From a virus: DNA of 64,000 bases. Both the position numbers and the translations under genes were made by a program. Positions 63,624 through 64,000 of this stretch are shown one piece after another. Under the pieces are notes generated by a model that ran no database searches, had not been told where the DNA came from, and was given only the letters and a program-made list of their open reading frames with translations. Every line of letters starts with the position of its first letter. Position 1 is the first letter of the stretch. The stretch is from IMG/VR virus record IMGVR_UViG_3300046698_000540, positions 36,370 through 100,369 of that record; one strand, 5' to 3'.

Positions 63624-64000
63624 TCGATCGCCTCCACCTTCAACTTGAGGATGGCATAGAGGGGGGCTTGAGTCCGAAATTGGCGGAGGCAAGTGGTGGG
63701 AAGGAAAGGGGTTGTTTTTGAAAAAAGGTGTGACTGATAAAGGTTTCATCAGATTCGCGGCCGAAAAAGCTGGACGGAGGAGGAGGTGCTGGAGACCGCG
63801 AATGTGATGAAACCGGGCAGTGAACTAAACCTTGAACTTTACGACTTGAGAGTCTGCATGGTCCTCGATTCGGTCTAGCGGGAGTTTACTGCGAAGGGCC
63901 GGAACAAAAGTATAAGTAGTTGTTTTCGGAATGGGTTGCGAGCCGGCGGTGGTATTACCCACGCGGGGTAATACGGAGGTGTTCCAGCCCCAGCGTTTTG

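Noticed and set aside
1-64000. tRNA/rRNA genes, integrase, reverse transcriptase/DGR, replication genes
   Set aside because: None recognised by eye; prophage versus free phage cannot be decided from this window.

Overview
Almost the whole window is a long-tailed (siphovirus-like, no sheath gene seen) phage or prophage read mainly on the minus strand. Several proteins resemble Acidobacteriota (Bryobacter/Solibacter-type) phage-region proteins; this is from recall, not a search. 1-32.7 kb: virion module (tail tip, tape measure, frameshifted tail chaperone, tail tube, head-tail proteins, major capsid, scaffold, portal, terminase) interleaved with several glycosyltransferases and a TylF-like methyltransferase. 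32.7-35 kb: small plus-strand cassette. 35-45 kb: small early-type genes behind a strong sigma70-like promoter. 46-57 kb: accessory genes and a 7-deazaguanine cluster (DpdA/TGT-like, QueC, QueF, FolE) with extra ATP-grasp, GNAT, methyltransferase and Cys-cluster enzymes. 57-63.6 kb: two large secreted proteins, possibly host DNA. The standout signal is ten type-I hammerhead ribozymes (37.9-44.5 kb, minus strand). Most sit directly after a stop codon and each is followed by a covarying Shine-Dalgarno hairpin, so they would cut the early transcript into mostly one-gene RNAs. Other strong signals: four small proteins share a ~22-aa C-terminal tag (SGQDFNILGHAxLPGGHAGYG); Thr/Ser-rich C-termini on tail proteins occur alongside many glycosyltransferases (possible virion glycosylation); and the preQ1 pathway may make a further-modified base. 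No integrase, replication genes, tRNA or CRISPR array were recognised.
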